This document shows positions 10,853 to 24,134 of a stretch of DNA of 64,000 bases, in pieces. Under the pieces are notes generated by a model. That model was not told the DNA's origin. It searched no databases and was given only the letters and a program-made list of their open reading frames with translations. Within the stretch, counting starts at the first letter, position 1. Each line of letters begins with the position of its first letter. Source of the stretch: Squalus acanthias (Eukaryota); assembly GCA_030390025.1 (NCBI GenBank), contig CM059431.1, positions 131,504,001-131,568,000 of the forward strand, given 5' to 3'. The translations under genes were made by a program, and so were the position numbers.

Positions 10853-13800
10853 AAATTAAATAAATCTGTTGGACTATAACCTGGTGTTGTGCGACTTCTT
10901 CTATCTGTGTGTTATGTAGAGGAGGAGGAGGAGAAGAAGAGATTAGAAGGGGATACTGAGGAGCGGAGTTTACATGACTTTCAGTAGAAGGAGTGACATG
11001 AGATTTTTATGATCTTGTTTGCTGACAGGTTATGTGTAGCAAATATTATGAGAAGGAAAAGAAGCTGACACCTGCCCTCTGATTTCCTCAGCCATCTGCC
11101 TCCAGAAGCTCCAAGACTTCCGATATGTTGGGGATGAGAGAGCAGAGGTCCATCTTCTGCTGCCAATCTTTTTCATAAGACTGTATTCTCCTTTAAGAAG
11201 AATACAAAAAGTAAAGATGCCCTCTGATTGTATAAGATGAACTCACACCCAGATGTCAGCAGGCAGACTTATTTGGACCAGCAGCAATTCCACTGAAGCC
11301 CATGAAACCCCATGGCCTGCGGTGGATCTCTGAGGCATTCTCCAAAGATCGTCACTTCTGAGTGCCATAAGATATTGGTTGCTTTTGCCTGGCCTTTTCT
11401 GCTCCTGCAGCAGCATGCCAGTACCCCAAAAGGATGAGCTTCAAATCAAGGGTGTTGACAATGTCAGGAGCTCACCTTGAATATTGAGGCTGATCCCGGA
11501 AAAATCACTGAAGTCAGTGGACCAACAGTCAACAGAAATTCCACTTCAGAACTTCCAGAAGTGAGGAATTTCAGACAAATAGTTAACACCTTATCCAACA
11601 GTGTGATTTCCAATCTTTATCTGCCTAGGATTAATCAATAGAGTGCATTTTAACAGTTGTTTTCTTTTGTTAACAAAGCTTAACTAGTTTTTTAAGTTTT
11701 CACAACACACACGGTGCATTTGAATGAATTGGCAGTACATTATCACCTGTTAAGATGACTTCTGTGATAAAGGTTGCAAAGATTAGATCTGGCTTTAGAC
11801 TCAAACAGATGTTCTTCAGGAGTTGCAGAAGTCCAGGTAATGGAGGGGGTGGACACAAAAGAAAAACCAGAATGTGTATTATCACTGACTGATCAAAAGA
11901 CACTTATTCCCAATAGGGTTCTGGATTTTTACTGTGTTATTGACTTTCAAAGTATTCTGAGGAGGTGGCTCTTTCTACTGATGGCTTCAGCAAATCCTGA
12001 ATTTGGGCACAGAGTTCACTTAAAGCTTGTCGAGAGCTTTGTGTTTTATTCTGTTCCTTATTCCAGAATGCAATATGCTGGAAACCACATTCTAACCATA
12101 TTAGTTATTTATAGGAAAATCTGTTTTTGCAGATGTTACATGAGACTGTGTATTATGAAACTGACAGACACACAGAGAGTGGTTAAAACTGATTCTCTGT
12201 CTCTTGAGGCTGCCATTTGTAAAGCATAGATATTTCTAATTGATGACATTTCTAAGTCTGCATATTTTGACAGATAGTGGGATTCCTCTATCAATGGATA
12301 TTGTTCAGAATAGCCAAGGCTCAAAGTTAGAATGAAAACACTAAAAATAGGATTGTTTGAATCCAAGGGTGGTATCATTGCAGTAAACAAAGGCAAAGCC
12401 CAGAATTAAAAACATGCTACTGTAGAGCAAAACTGGAAAAGGTTTTGTCAGTTTGCTATTTATAGTATAATCATAAACTTGTGCATACAGAGCATGTTTA
12501 CGGTTATGCTACAAATAACAAGCAAGGACATTCCTCCCCTCCCCCCCCCCCCCCCCCCACCACTATTGTAATTTTTAAAAAAAGAAGCCCATTTTGAGCG
12601 ATTCTTTGGAATGAACCAACACTGGGAAACAGACCTTTGAAACCACTTCCAGAATATCAGCATGTGGAGGACACACACATTAACAAAATGGCTTCCATAT
12701 CAATGCCTGCATTTTCTTAAAGAGTTGATTATATTGGAGAGGGAGTGAATTCGATTTCTAGCTGCATATTAGAATTTTGTGTATTTTTTGATTCTGTAAA
12801 TATTTTACACCCATTTATACATTGCGACAGATACAAAAAATCAGACATTAAGATTGTTTTGGAAACATTTTGCATTTTAGAGGATCTGCAAGGGGTTTCT
12901 TGAAAGACAGCATATTGGAAGGACAGTAGAAAAATCCTCTCTCAGCATTGCCTGCTGAGCTCAAATCACTAAGGATCTAGCCAGCCTGAGGTGATAATCC
13001 TTCTCTGCTTCAGCTACAGTAGGATGGAAACCAGAAGACCTCCTGTATTGGAGGTTAAATCTTTTCAGCTCTCCTGGGGAAGCAGCACTGTGCTGGGTAG
13101 ATTGGATTATCAGGCGTATTAGAGTTAGTCTAATGAGCTGTCCAGTGTGGGATACTGATTCATGTGGGAAATTGTAGTTGCAAAGCTTTTTTATTATTAT
13201 TTTTCTTCCTGTAAAGACATGATGAAATAAGACTTGTGTCTGCTTTCTGTCTCGTATTGGCTTATGAAGTTTCTGCTGCTTTATTGTCTGGTATGACTGG
13301 AATTCAAGCAATGGTTACTTGTTTACTGTCAGGCATTTCATACTGAGTTTTAACAGGTCAGCATTACTGTATCAAAGAGATTCAAGCAGACTGAGTTCCC
13401 GGAACAGGCTCATACGAAACATTTTGAAGTGGCGTGACAACTTTATAGACCATCTTTCAGTACAAGCTCTTTCCTCTCCAAACCTTTTTTCCCTCACTTC
13501 TCATATCGAGCGGTGCCTTTTCCCTCACATTTTTTCCTCCTTCCTCTACTTAAACATTATCTCTCCGCCCGTATTCTTTGGCCAGTATTCCTCTTTGGTC
13601 ATTTTAAAATTTCATTTCAATGTAGATTCTTTCTGGAAACTTTCTTCAAATTTAGCTCACTCTATTCCACAATTTGTGTGGAATACTTTTTCTAATTTTT
13701 AAAATCTGAATCTGCATCAACATTTTTAATTTCATCCTAAACCTTATCTTTTAAGTATATTGCATGCCTGGCAGGAGACAACACCACCAGTGCAAAACAT

Positions 13801-14349
13801 ATTTTCCGACAGTGCAGAGTGGCCCATTAAAAACATAGGGCAAGAAATTCTGCAACCTTTTTGGGGCAAAAGTGGAGAATTTTCATTGTAGCAAGGTGGA
13901 ATTTGGGCCGTAAATCAGATGTGGCAGAGTTAGGACCCGTCTAAGATACATGCTAAGTTCCAGTGTAAGTGGGTGTTCGCAGATGTGCCTGCCCACAATG
14001 TGATGCACATGTACAAATGACAGGATAATGAGAGCAAAACCTGCTGACCCAGAAATTCTGCCATTTACGCCAGAATTGCACCTAACTCAACTGAAGCCTG
14101 TGGAAAAGAGGGGTAAGCACACACACTAACTGCAAAACTTAGAAAACCTGACGAAGGGCTTCAAAAAAAAGCTGACAACTTAAAATAAACATTGTACAAC
14201 CAGAACAGCCAACATTCAGGATGTTTATTTTGACTTAACACTCAATTTGTCGCATGTTTTCCCTGTGCGCGCACCCCTCCAACCCCGCCCCACTTTGGGA
14301 TATCTGAGACACTCTAGGCTGGATTTGCATAGCCACAAGCCTCTCTATA

Positions 14350-14755
14350 CAGGAAACTTTTGTTTATCCGGCACCCAAATATCCGGAATTCTCGCTTAAC
14401 CGGCAAAAATCATCCTCCGAAAACTCCTCTCAAATAACCGGCAATGTTGCCGAGTCGCAGTCGAGTCACCGCGAACGCCGAGTACTCCGAAAACTCCTCT
14501 CAAATAACCGGCAATGTTGCCGATCCTGAGTCCGAATCCGAGTCCGCGAATGCCGATTTAGTCAGTAGGGGTAGTTTTCAAAAGTGCCACTACTCGGCCT
14601 CCTGGCGCTGTCGGAAGTATACTGCACATTTCTTGATTTATTTATTTTTCTTTGTTAAAAATAGCCTCGGTAGATATAACTCTCCGTTATCCGGTACTTT
14701 CGATAAACCGGCACCACGCCGGTCCCATCGGTGCCGGTTAATAAAGAGTTTCCTG
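14350..14755 (+). mobile_element. Tc1/mariner(pogo)-type MITE
   Basis: TIRs caggaaact... and ...agtttcctg, flanked by TA on both sides. Closely similar to 45003-45421. Confidence 0.88.
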
Positions 14756-15815
14756 TAGTTAAATTAGATTTACGGTGGAGTCAGCATAGCAACATCATAG
14801 CGGGTGAAGTCCCACCATGCCTCACTTTTGGCGGCACCTTTTACGCCCATAGTTTCAGGTAAACTGGTAAGGCCATAGCTGTACCTGACTTTATGGTTCC
14901 TTGGACCTGATCTGGAAAAGAACATCCAGAAAATTACTGCTTTGAAAACTCAGCAGCAGAACTGATGCATTGGTTGCTGCTGTGGACATATCTCTTCTTA
15001 AATATAATTTTCCTAAGGCCAGAGACATGCTGGGCTGATAACAGCTAACGTCTGTTTGTGAGCTCCAAATTCTTTCAAGCAGCTTGACAGCAGTTTTCTC
15101 ATATGGGATCCGTGGTGTATGTTTCGGCCCATTATGTACTCCAGCTTGTGACCTCCACTTATGTGCAAGTTTTATCTTTTAATGTAAAAGCAGTGGAGAT
15201 TGAGGCTTGATAATCTGGCTGGTGGAAATTTATTCCCCAAGTAATTCTATCTCCCATCATGGCATGTATTATGCTAAATACATAACCATACTATTTTCAC
15301 TTCTAATACTCTTACTTCCTGTGGTGCTAATATTTCTCTGTGTTATTACAACTTTCCATCATGTGCATATATTTCCTATGATGCTATTTTATAGTAATAT
15401 TCATTCCTTACCTTGGTGCTTTAAGTCATGAGAGTTTCAGAGAGTAGGAGGAGCCAGGTTGCTTTTGTATGGATAGGAAAGTAGCAGCAACATTTAAACA
15501 TCAGAGTTATTCAGTTGTCAGACTTGTTCAATATGCTGTTTTCCCTGTTGAAAGTTCACTTGACATAGGTACATCTCAAGGAATCCGGCCAGCTATCACA
15601 GTTGTTGATAATTGTTTAATGGAAGCTGCTTCCTTTCTTTTATCTCAGCTGCGTGTTCACTAATGTTCGGAGTAGCTACGTGAGCACTTTTATCCAAAGA
15701 GCTTGCTGTCAAAATTGAAGTCATATTAGAGACAGTGCAAAGTTGGAATTTGTTCTGCCTATACCTGGTGAGTATAGGGATCATTTCAAACCCATTTGAA
15801 TTGTTGGGCATAAAT

Positions 15816-15975
15816 GCATTTTAGACAGTTATGTGGCATGAAAGGGGATGGAAAGGCATTTTAGGCAGTTATGTGGCATTAAAGGGGATGGAAAGGCATT
15901 TTAGGCAGTTATGTGGCATTAAAGGGGAAGGACAGGCATTTTAGGCAATTGTGTGGCATTAATGGGATTGACAAG
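15816..15975. repeat. 40-bp tandem repeat, ~4 copies
   Basis: Unit gcattttaggcagttatgtggcattaaaggggatggaaag starts at 15816, 15856, 15896 and 15936. Confidence 0.95.
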
Positions 15976-16031
15976 ACCAGAGGGAGTACTTTTTATGGGA
16001 AGTAATCTCCCAGTCTATGTTCGAACATATA

Positions 16032-16208
16032 GCCCGTAATTTGCAGATTGGGTGCAGGTGGAAAACAGGATCAGCCGCCCATTGTACGCCACACTTGATT
16101 TTCTTTTCCAATGGCTTCAGTAGAGATGAGAATTCGATGAGGTGTATAATTGGCAGCCGATCCACAATTGTCAGTTTTCCACCTGCGCCCAAACTGAAAA
16201 TTGCCCCC
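16032..16208. mobile_element. Small fold-back MITE (Harbinger-like)
   Basis: Long imperfect TIR: ttgggtgcaggtggaaaac ... gttttccacctgcgcccaa. Confidence 0.6.
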
Positions 16209-16999
16209 ATATTCCTAAATAAATTGACAACAATATTTTTTAAACGCTGCAATCATAGGATGACTGTGAACAATGTTATATGAATACTTAATCACTTAAA
16301 ATAAATAGGCTAATACCTCTATTAAAATAGTGAAGTGAGGAATTTAATATGAGCCCCTTTTTGCACAATCATTTCCAGACTAATATCTGTAATCTCTAAA
16401 CAACAGAGAAACACAGGATTGAAGTTCCTCATGTCGATAATTTTAGCAAAAAGATTGGCCTGAGTGGAAAGTGGGATTTTCCATTTCATATTATTGCCAA
16501 CGTTTTTGCTAACATTATCAGCCCCAAAATCTGCATGTTTGATAGGTACAGTATTAATATTCCGATTTTGCAATGTACCGAGACATTGGACACGTGCTGA
16601 ACCTGACTGAGTTTCCACAATAAATGCATATCTGAGTTCATTATAGTCTAATTAATAGAGGAATGCATGATTGAACTGGGAAATAAAGCAGCCATAAAAA
16701 AACTGGTTGGACTGCAGCTAAATAAACTCCAGCTTATTTATTCCTCAGCATGGTAAGAGTGTGCTATTACTTGTACTCTGTATGAGATTTAATTAGTTTC
16801 ATGATAAATTGTAAATTTTCTAAGGTTGCTAACTACCACTATTATACACAAAAGGTAGGTCAGGGAATAACATTTTATTCAAGGTTTGTAGCATTGCACA
16901 CTTTAATATTAAATCTTGGACTGCTGCGGACAGAAGTAAGAGTGTGGGCTGTTGAATCAGCAGCCATGCATATGATTACATGTACAAGGCATGGAAAAG

Positions 17000-18312
17000 C
17001 TTCTGTTTTGGGGAGATGGTGCACATTATGATACTGGCATCTACCCAGCAATGTGGAAGATTGCCCAGATATGTCCCACCCGCAAAAACAGGATAAATCG
17101 AATGTAACCAGTTACCGTCAGTCTTCTCCCAATCTTCAGTACAGTGATGGAAGAACTCATCAGTAGTGCCATGAAGCAACCCCTACTCACCAATGACCTT
17201 TTCATCGATACTCAGTCCAGGTTCCTCCAGAACCATGCAGCTCCAGACCTCATTTTTGCTTTGATCCAGAAAAGCATGCAAAACCTGAATGCCAGAGGAG
17301 AAGTAAAAGTAGCTCCCCTTGACATCATGGCAGCATTTGACCCAGTATGGCACCAAGGCGCCCTAGCAAAACTGAAGTCAATGGGAGTCAAAGAGAAAAC
17401 TTTCCAGTGCTGGAGTTATACCTGATGCAAAGGAAGATATTAATGGTTGCTGGAATCCGTCAGTACGACCCCATGATATCGCTGTGGGAGTTCCTCTGGG
17501 AAACGCCCTCGGCCAACCATGTTCAGCTGCTTCATTGATGAATTTACCTTTATAATAAGGTCAGGAGTGGGGATGATTACTCATGATTACACAATTTCTC
17601 TGATAATAAACCACAGCTATCTTCCTTTGACCACCAACGGCACCACCATTGCTGCCCACTATTAATGTCTTGGTGGGAATCACCCACTGACCAGAAGCTT
17701 AACTGGATCAGCCATATCAACGGCGTGGCTACAAGAGCAGGGTAGAGTCTGGGTACTCTGTGAGGAGTGGCTCACCTGCCCACCATTCAAAGCCTATCCA
17801 CCATCTACAAGGATCAAGTCAGGCGTGTGATGGAATACTTACCACTCGTTTGGATGGGAGCAGCCACAACAACACTCTCAAAGACCATCCAAGACACGGC
17901 AGTTTGCACGACTGGCACCAAGTTCAATACCCACCTTCTCCAGCACTGATTCACTATGGCTGCAGTATGTATGATCTACAGAATGCACTGCAGCAACACA
18001 CCAAGGCTACTGCAAGAGCATATCCCTCCCCTGTGAGCTCTACCACCAAGAACGACAAGAGCAGCAATGCTGTGTAAACACCATCACCTCCCAGGTTCCT
18101 CCTCAAGTCACGCACCATCCTGACTTGGACATATATCACCATTTCTTCATTATTACTGGATCCTGGAATTCCCTACCTAATGCCATTATGGGAACACCTT
18201 CATCACAAGGACTGCAGTGGTCCAAGGAGAAGGCCCACCACTACCTTCTGAAGGCAACTTGGGATGGGCAATAAATACAAACTTGTCCACACCCTGAGAA
18301 CAAATAAATAAA
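17000..18312 (+). mobile_element. Old degenerate copy of the 3036-4822 LINE family
   Basis: LLTNDL..QSRF.QNHAAPDLI..RGEVKVAPLDI and QSLSTIYK translations. Same 3' tail (gggatgggcaataaat). Confidence 0.85.
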
Positions 18313-19372
18313 ATGCAGTGCATTTACACCAGCAGCGATGGGCGGATTAGGATGGGGACTGAAAAACTGTCTAGTGACGTAATCAGACAGTCATTCCCTT
18401 TCATTTTGGTTTATTATGCATCCATATATGCATTGAATCAAGAGAATCCTAGGTTTCATCAATATCCTGTACTGCTAGAGGATCTCAGCTGGAACAATGG
18501 TTGAGATGGTAAAACTGTCTTCACTGTCCCAGGTTAGGGAGGGGAAAAATCAGCATTGCTTCCAACCCTGATAATTATTCGGTAGCCCTTGCTGCAAGTG
18601 CACAGGTGAAGCCCAGATTTAGTTGTGATGCTCCCCCACAGTCCAAAAACTGAATGGCACTTTATTTCTGGGCTCACACATAAAGAATGGCCACTTAGAA
18701 AAGGTGCTAGAGCAACTGTGGAGCTATATCATCGCTATATTTGACAGAGAAAAATGGGGTCAAAATTGAGGAGGAGAAAGTGGCTCATAAGAAATGAACC
18801 ATGGTGAGGGGTGGGAATCAACTGAAACATTTCACTCTCTGTGACCAGTTTCAAAGTGGCAATGAGAGAGGCTTCTAGACATTATCTGACAAAATAAATA
18901 TGAAACATCTCGAATTACCAATTTATGATGTGACAACTAAGGATAATAACATAGATGAGGTAAAGAGACTGCAATAAATTGGAGGGGGAAATTATCAATA
19001 AAAAGTTTATTGGTTGGACCTCATGGATTAAGCACCAGTAGTAAAGAAATATCCTACTGATTTTTTTCAAAGTGAGAGCAACATACTTCAAGAAGCTGAC
19101 AGACCAAGTCCAAGAATGTGTAATAAAAATGCTAAAGCACTCTGTTGAACTCTTTCAAAGTAAGGAAACCCCAGACAGACTCTGTTCACTAACAACAAAT
19201 ATATAAAACTCGCTGAAAGCTCCCTAAGCAAAACCTCACTGAATGGGACGTGGATTAGGAAACCGGACTTGGAGATTAACCCACCCAAACTTGCGGCATC
19301 CCGATTTTCCAGTGATTAATTTTAATAACTGAAAATAAGGAGCGTAATGATTCCGGCACATTGGCATCGATT

Positions 19373-20109
19373 TTTACGGTGGGGGGAAGGGTGTGCACGA
19401 GCCCGGCAGAGTGCGGTGCACCCAGCCATGTCAGGGATGTAGAGGCTTTGTCAATCTTAACAGTCGGACCATATTTAAATAAAAGTTACCGGACTCCCTC
19501 CCAACACCTAGCCAGATTCACTGGCCAGCTGGCAGAAGTGGGAATTTGGCCACAGGAGGCCGCAGCCGGGGACCCGTGGGTGCGGTCCCCGTCAGTCAGT
19601 GGGCTGGGGATTCCTTTGACAAGGGCCTAATAAACTGAAGGGCTGGGGATTTCTTCTTCGCAATGTACGCTTGGGGGGCTGCCGGGGCTGAAGATTCCCT
19701 GAAGATCAGGGGGATGACAGGGCTGGGAAGGCCAAAGGACTCCTTGCAGGTCCTGGGGCAAGCACTCCAGCTCCTCCTTGCCCACAAGAAATTCAAAGAG
19801 GGGAAAAATTTTAAGGGCTAGTCGACTCCTTCTGCCATGTTTCTGCTGCCGGGCAGACTCCCCCTACGTTGACCTTTAAATGATGTTGCGCTGCCGATGC
19901 TATCATCGTGCCAAGACTTTTGAATCTTAAGTAGGCCCTTGCTTGCTTTTAGCGGGTGCCTCGCCCAGGGCCTGAATTGCCACCGTAAATAATATAGCAG
20001 CAAGAACACAGCAGTTTGAAGGCGGGATTTTGATTTTTAAGATTTTATCCCCTCAACCAACCGTTTCTTTCCTGTCGGAGGATGGAGGTGGGGGTTAAAA
20101 TTGAGGCCA
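19373..20109. mobile_element. Harbinger-like non-autonomous element
   Basis: Ends ggcatcgattttta ... taaaattgaggcc, with att on both flanks. Internal motifs are shared with 21260-21665, 41218-41760 and 47734-48895. Confidence 0.55.
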
Positions 20110-21671
20110 TTGAGCCTAATTCTCCAACCCGCATTCCTGTCGAGTGAGGTTCCATGCTAGGAGTGGAGTCTTGTATTGTGTTCATGACTGGCTGCACTAT
20201 CCAGAATTTTCACAGAATTTTTTTTTCTGCTCACTCTCGTTACTTCTAGAAGTGCTTCCCCATCTTCAAAAACAAGATAGATTGACATTTGTGCCATTAC
20301 TCTTAAAAAGCAAGACAGCAGTTATGTCCTGATCAGTGCAGATGGAGGAGACAACCCGAACATTTTTTTTAACCATGCTTCCAGTCTGCAGATTGTCTGT
20401 TGCTCTCTTTCCTGTCCTTTGTTTTCCTACTGTGTTTAATACCTCCCCACTTTCTGTGTAAATCTAGCCTTTTTGTGCAGTATTTACATTCCCTCTGTTA
20501 CACTGTCCTTTCTTTCTCTGTATGGCTTCACCCTTTCTGTCTCACTGAGTCTGTATCCTTCCCCATCTTAGTTCTGTTTGCTGCTCCGTTGACTTTTTAT
20601 TTTCTGCAACATAAAGTAAAAATGTAAAAGTTCAAATTACAGAAGGAAAAATTAAATCAGAGAAAAAGAAACAAATATACAGAGGGCAGAAAACTTGATG
20701 TTAAAACCAGACCCATTTCTCCTTGAAAATAAATACATGCCTAAATGTACTAGGTTGAAGATGGTTTTGTTACTTTTTTGCTTTAATTCTGTACATAATA
20801 CACACAATCAGTCCTTTTATTCATTTTTATAGTTGCCTACTGGTCTGAATTTGCAATTCTACAGATTTACCAAGTGTGAGAAGCTGTAAATTTGAGTACA
20901 GAAAAGCGCAAACACAACCAGAGAGCATTTAGTGGAATGTAAAGGACTTAATGAAAAATTCCAGTAACTGATTATTTTAATAATCCTGCTGACCCAGGTC
21001 ATTGAAGTGTTCCATATGGTTTTGATCCTCAAATGGTTCAGAATAAAACCATATGGAATATTTTAACGATGAGAGCCAATTGGATTAGGCCATTAGGTAC
21101 AGTAGTCCAATTTTTCACGATTTCCGTTTGTAATGGAAGATTCTTGCCTTTGAGAGGTGTTTTTGTAATTCAGTTGACGCTGATCAGTAAAGAGCAATGA
21201 TGGGTTTTATTCCTTGTGATGTGATGATTAAAACCATATATACTGTCCTTGATATTAACAGGGGCGGGTTACATAGGCAGGGGTGCAGAGCATGCTGTGA
21301 AGTTTTAACTCCCCAGCGTGCATCTTTTGGCCGAGAGGTTCCCCGCCCAGAAATCAGCTGATTGACAGGCTTGGGTTCCTCAGGACCAGGTAGGTCCGAT
21401 CCACAATCTGGTTAGGGGGAGGGGGTGGTTCGATACCCGACTCCGGGGGCCTTTGTATGAAGGGGGGGTCTGATGGGGGGCATGGGGTGGGGGAGCTTGG
21501 GGGGCTGTGAGGAAGCACTCCTGCTCCTCCTGGCCCACAAACAGTGCTGTGAAGGTAATTATATTCTTCCCGAACCTGTCCTTACCTCACTTCAGCTGTC
21601 AAGTTTCTCAGGCCTCGGGAAACCGCAAACTGCAAAGCAGGTTAAATCAGAGGCTGCCAGCCTCATTAAAA

Positions 21672-22972
21672 CATAAGAACATAAGAATTAGGAGCAGGAG
21701 TCGGCATACAGCCTCTCGAGCCTGCTCTGCCATTCAATAAGATCATGGCTGATCTTCGACCTCAACTCCACTTTCCCGCCTGATCCCCATATTCCTTGAT
21801 TCCCCTAGAGTCCAAAAATATATCTGTCTCAGCCTTGAATATACGCAAGGACTGAGCATCCACAGCCCTTTGGGGTACAGAATTCCAAAGATTCACAACC
21901 TTCTGAGTGAAGAAATTGCTCCTCATCTCAGTCTTAAAAGGCCAACCCCATATCCTGAGACTATTCCCCAAAGTTGTAGACTCTCCAGCCAGGGGAAACA
22001 ATCTCTCAGCATCTACCCTGTCAATTCCCCTCAGAATCTTGTATGTTTCAATGGGATCACCTCTCTTTCTTCTGAACTCCAGAGAGTATAGGCCCAATCT
22101 ACTCAATCTCTCATCATAGGACCACCCTCTCATCCCAGGGATCAATCTAATGAACCTTTGTTGCACCGCCTCTAAGGCAAGTGTATCCTTCCTTAGATAA
22201 GGAGACCAGAACTGTGCACAGTACTCCAGTTGTGGTCTCCCCAAAGCCCTGTACAATTGTAGCAACACTTCCTTACTCTTATACTCCAACCCCCTAGCAA
22301 TAAAGACCAAGATGCCATTTGCCTTCCCAATTGCTTGCTGTACCGACATGCTAACTCTCTGAGATTCTTGTACTAGGACACCTAAATCTGTCTGAGCACC
22401 AACACTTAATAGTTTCTCACCATTTAAAAAATTCTGTTTTCCTATTCTTCCTACCAAAGTGAATAACCTCACATTTCCCCACATTATACTCCATCTGCCA
22501 CCTTATTGCCCACTCACTTAACCTGTCTATATCTTATTGTCTCCTCCTCACAGCTTACTTTCCCACCTAGCTTTGTATCGTCAGCAAACTTGGATGCATT
22601 ACACTCGGTCCCTTCATCTAAATCATTAATATAGATTGTAAATAGCTGAGGCCCAAGCACTGATCCTTGTGGCACCCCATGAGTTACAGCCTGCCAACCT
22701 GAAAATTACCCGTTTATCCCTACTCTCTGTTTTCTGTCCATTAACCAATCCTGTATCTATGCTAATACATGACCCCCAACGCCATGAGCCCTTATCTTGC
22801 ATAACAACTTTTTATCTGGCACCTTATCTAATGCCTTTTGGAAATCCAGATATACTACATCCACTGGTTCCCCTTTATCTACCCTGCTAGTTACACCATC
22901 AAAACACTCTAATAAATTTGTCAAACATGATTTCCCTTTCATAAAACCATATTGACCCTACCTAATCATATT
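21672..22972 (-). mobile_element. CR1 (HER1-like) LINE, 3' part
   Basis: Minus-strand ORFs GKSCLTNLLE..VYLDFQKA and ..LEYCAQFWSP..WNSVP. cataagaa terminal repeat at the 3' end. Confidence 0.92.
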
Positions 22973-23129
22973 TAAATTGCCAACCTGCCTCTGTAAAACC
23001 TGGAAGTGGGCAGCTTGAGGCGTGCTGGGGCCGGGCTCAGATTTTCAAAATTTCAACATCTGACCCAAACCCAACCCACCCGTTTTTGTGTGGTAAAACT
23101 GTGTCTTGACTTTAGAATTTCACAGTAAT

Positions 23130-24073
23130 CTACCGAAAACACAGCATCAGTTTCCACATGTACGCTAATGGCACCCAGCTATACCTCACCACCACTGCTC
23201 TCGACGCCCCCACGGTCTCTAAATTTTCAGACTGCTTGTCTGACATACAGTTCTGGATGAGCAAAAATTTTCTCCAATTAAATATTGGGAAGACCGAAGC
23301 CATTGTTTTCGGTCCCCACGACAAACTCTGATCCCTAGCCACTGACTCCATCCCTCTCCCTAACATTTGTCTGAGGCTGAACCACACTGTTCGCAATCTT
23401 GGTGTCATATTTGACTTTGAAATGAGCTTCCGACCACATATCCGTGGCATAACAAAGACCGCCTATTTCCACCTCCATAATATCACCCGTCTCCGCCCTT
23501 GCCTCTGCTCATCCGTTGCTGAAACCCTCATCCATGCCTTTGTTACCTCTAGACTTGACTATTCCAATGCACTCCTGGCTGGCCTCCCACATTCCACCCA
23601 ACGTAAACTTGAGGTCATCCAAAACTTGGCTGCCCATGTCCTAACTCACACCAAGTCCTGTTCACCCATCATCCCTGTGCTCGCTGACCTACATTGGCTC
23701 TCGGTTAAGCAACGCCTCGATTTCAAAATTCTCATCCTTGTTTTCAAATCCCTCCATGGCCTCACCCCTCCCTATCTCTGTAATCTCCTCCAGCCCCACA
23801 ACCCCCGAGATATCTGCGCTCCTCTAATTCTGCCCTCTTGAGCATCCCTGATTATAATCGCTCAACCATTGGTGGTCGTGCCTTCTGTTGCCTAGGCCTT
23901 AAGCTCTGCAATATCCTGCCTAAACCTCTCCACCTCCTTTAAGACGCTCCTTAAAACCTACCTCTTTGACCAAGCTTTTGTCAAATTTTTTGTCTTATAA
24001 TACTCCTGTGAAGTGCCTTGGGACGTTTTACCACGTTAAAGGCGCTATATAAATACAAGTTGTTGTTGTTGTT
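23130..24073 (+). mobile_element. L2-clade LINE, 3' part
   Basis: AYFHLHNI.RLRP..AETLIHAFVTSRLDYSN..LHWL translation. Tail aaggcgctatataaatacaag(ttg)n. Confidence 0.9.
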
Positions 24074-24134
24074 GAAAATGGTTTCTTGGTGATAACCTTT
24101 TAGTGTTGACATAATAACTGCTGATTTTTTAGCA

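Larger units (their letters stand above)
8968..10899 (-). mobile_element. Penelope-like element (Neptune-like), 5'-truncated, with inverted 5' pseudo-LTR
   Basis: Has RT motifs (GTAMG, RYIDD), thumb, Cys-rich linker and GIY-YIG motifs (VVYLIRC..WYIGET). Inverted arms lie at 9012-9385 and 10526-10899. The flanking direct repeat cttcttctatctgt is at 8954-8967 and 10895-10908. Confidence 0.93.

Noticed and set aside
9012..10899. DNA transposon with long TIRs
   Set aside because: The arms contain the ORF 3' end and HHR of an RT/GIY-YIG element and are asymmetric, as expected for a PLE inverted pLTR.
12533..12561. Poly-C tract as a regulatory element
   Set aside because: It is an isolated homopolymer with no supporting context.
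11774..13702. Short ORFs of 60-150 aa in AT-rich DNA
   Set aside because: They have no recognisable domains, many rely on non-ATG starts, and they are consistent with chance ORFs.
14148..14168. Hammerhead core (ctgacgaagggcttc)
   Set aside because: There is no closing stem II or properly placed GAAA, and no PLE context.
15649..15768. Coding exon with strong splice signals
   Set aside because: All three frames contain stop codons between the acceptor and the GTGAGT donor.
15816..15975. CRISPR-like or functional repeat
   Set aside because: It is a simple 40-bp tandem duplication without spacers.
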